From Eledone cirrhosa (taxonomy: Eukaryota), in assembly GCA_964016885.1 (NCBI GenBank), contig OZ024753.1, positions 20,336,001 through 20,400,000 on the forward strand: 64,000 nucleotides of DNA, written 5' to 3'. The translations under genes were made by a program, and so were the position numbers. The notes under the pieces were generated by a model that ran no database searches, had not been told where the DNA came from, and saw only the letters and a program-made list of their open reading frames with translations. The number at the start of each line of letters is the position of its first letter. Positions within the stretch are counted from its first letter, which is position 1. Shown here piece by piece: positions 62,501 through 64,000 of this stretch.

Positions 62501-64000
62501 TGTCTGGGGAGTTGGGAAGGATCTGTGTGTGTTGTGATACAGTGTAGTGTCTGGGGAGTTGGGAAGGATCTGTGTGTGTTGTGATACAGTATAGTATCTG
62601 GGGAGTTGGGAAGGATCTGTGTGTGTTGTGATACAGTGTAGTGTCTGGGGAGTTGGGAAGGATCTGTGTGTGTTGTGATACAGTATAGTGTCTGGGGTGT
62701 TGGGAAGGATCTGTGTGTGTTGTGATACAGTATAGTGTCTGGGGAGTTGGGAAGGATCTGTGTGTGTTGTGATACAGTATAGTGTCTGGGGTGTTGGAAG
62801 GATCTGTGTGTGTTGTGATACAGTGTAGTGTCTGGGGAGTTGGGAAGGATCTGTGTGTGTTGTGATACAGTATAGTGTCTGGTGTGTTGGGAAGGATCTG
62901 TGTGTGTTGTGATACAGTGTAGTGTCTGGGGTGTTGGGAAGGATCTGTGTGTGTTGTGATACAGTGTAGTGTCTGGGGTGTTGGGAAGGATCTGTGTGTG
63001 TTGTGATACAGTATAGTGTCTGGGGAGTTGGGAAGGATCTGTGTGTGTTGTGATACAGTATAGTGTCTGGGGAGTTGGGAAGGATCTGTGTGTGTTGTGA
63101 TACAGTATAGTGTCTGGTGTGTTGGGAAGGATCTGTGTGTGTTGTGATACAGTGTAGTGTCTGGGGAGTTGGGATGGATCTGTGTGTGTTGTGATACAGT
63201 GTAGTGTCTGGGGAGTTGGGAAGGATCTGTGTGTGTTGTGATACAGTGTAGTGTCTGGGGAGTTGGGAAGGATCTGTGTGTGTTGTGATACAGTGTAGTG
63301 TCTGGGGAGTTGGGAAGGATCTGTGTGTGTTGTGATACAGTATAGTGTCTGGGGTGTTGGGAAGGATCTGTGTGTGTTGTGATACAGTGTAGTGTCTGGG
63401 GTGTTGGGAAGGATCTGTGTGTGTTTTGATACAGTATAGTGTCTGGGGAGTTGGGAAGGATCTGTGTGTGTTGTGATACAGTATAGTGTCTGGGGTGTTG
63501 GGAAGGATCTGTGTGTGTTGTAATACAGTGTAGTGTCTGGGGAGTTGGGAAGGATCTGTGTGTGTTGTGATACAGTGTAGTGCCTAGGGAGTTGGGAAGG
63601 ATCTGTGTGTGTTGTGATACAGTATAGTGTCTGGTGAGTTGGGGAGGATCTGTGTGTGTTGTGATACAGTATAGTGTCTGGGGTTTTGGGAAGGATCTGT
63701 GTGTGTTGTGATAGAGTGTAGTGTCTGGGGTGTTGGGAAGGATCTGTGTGTGTTGTGATACAGTGTAGTGTCTGGGGTGTTGGGAAGAATCTGTGTGTGT
63801 TGTGATACAGTATAGTGTCTGGGGAGTTGGGAAGGATCTGTGTGTGTTGTGATACAGTATAGTGTCTTGGGTGTTGGGAAGGATCTGTGTGTGTTGTGAT
63901 ACAGTGTAGTGTCTGGGGAGTTGGGGAGGATCTGTGTGTGTTGTGATACAGTGTAGTGTCTGGGGAGTTGGGAAGGATATGTGTGTGTTGTGATACAGTA
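41500..64000. repeat. Array domain 3: mosaic of 1-5 kb duplicated blocks related to domain 2
   Basis: Shares GTTACTGG, GGGGATTTGGG, CTGATGAG and GATAGAG with domain 2. Adds a 2-bp deletion GATAGTG (46903, 47888, 52020, 56153, 59017, 59814), a 1-bp deletion GTGTTGGAAGG, and AAGCATC. Confidence 0.75.
52150..54500. repeat. Direct tandem duplication of a 25-monomer block (1175 bp period)
   Basis: GTTAC at 52311/53486 and GTATC at 53251/54426 are both exactly 1175 = 25x47 apart, with the intervening markers colinear. Confidence 0.85.

Larger units (their letters stand above)
1..64000. repeat. 47-bp tandem satellite/minisatellite array, ~1,360 head-to-tail monomers, running off both window ends
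   Basis: GGATC recurs every 47 bp throughout. The consensus TGTGTGTGTTGTGATACAGTGTAGTGTCTGGGGAGTTGGGAAGGATC has 20 G, 16 T, 8 A, 3 C and no CpG. Most monomers differ only at two dimorphic sites plus 0-2 rare changes. Single orientation. Confidence 0.99.

Noticed and set aside
1-64000. CRISPR array
   Set aside because: There are no unique spacers, monomers abut directly, and there is no leader or cas gene.
1-64000. Telomerase-synthesised telomeric repeat
   Set aside because: There are no TTAGGG-type tandem runs, 47 bp exceeds the telomerase repeat lengths I know of, and multi-kb inherited variant patterns indicate recombinational copying.
1-64000. RIP-like or deaminase hypermutation (many TG>TA variants)
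   Set aside because: Half of the consensus Gs are in TG context anyway, G>A also occurs in AG and GG contexts, transversions are common, and I saw no reciprocal CA>TA change on the + strand.

Overview
The whole 64-kb window is one uninterrupted head-to-tail tandem array of a 47-bp G/T-rich monomer, about 1,360 copies. The + strand consensus is TGTGTGTGTTGTGATACAGT[G/A]TAGTGTCTGGGG[A/T]GTTGGGAAGGATC. It looks like a eukaryotic satellite or very large minisatellite; I cannot assign the organism or a named family. I see no unique sequence, inversion, transposon, RNA gene or credible protein-coding gene. The long minus-strand ORFs arise because the C/A-rich strand has no stop codon in any frame. 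The information lies in the variant pattern: two dimorphic positions, many rare marker variants that expose nested duplications (4 units up to about 19 kb apart), three domains with different private markers, a sharp junction near 24.6 kb, and an embedded divergent 45-bp/90-bp-dimer subfamily confined to the left domain. I found no support for a novel gene system; the observations concern array architecture and evolution. All alignments were done by eye, so boundaries are approximate.
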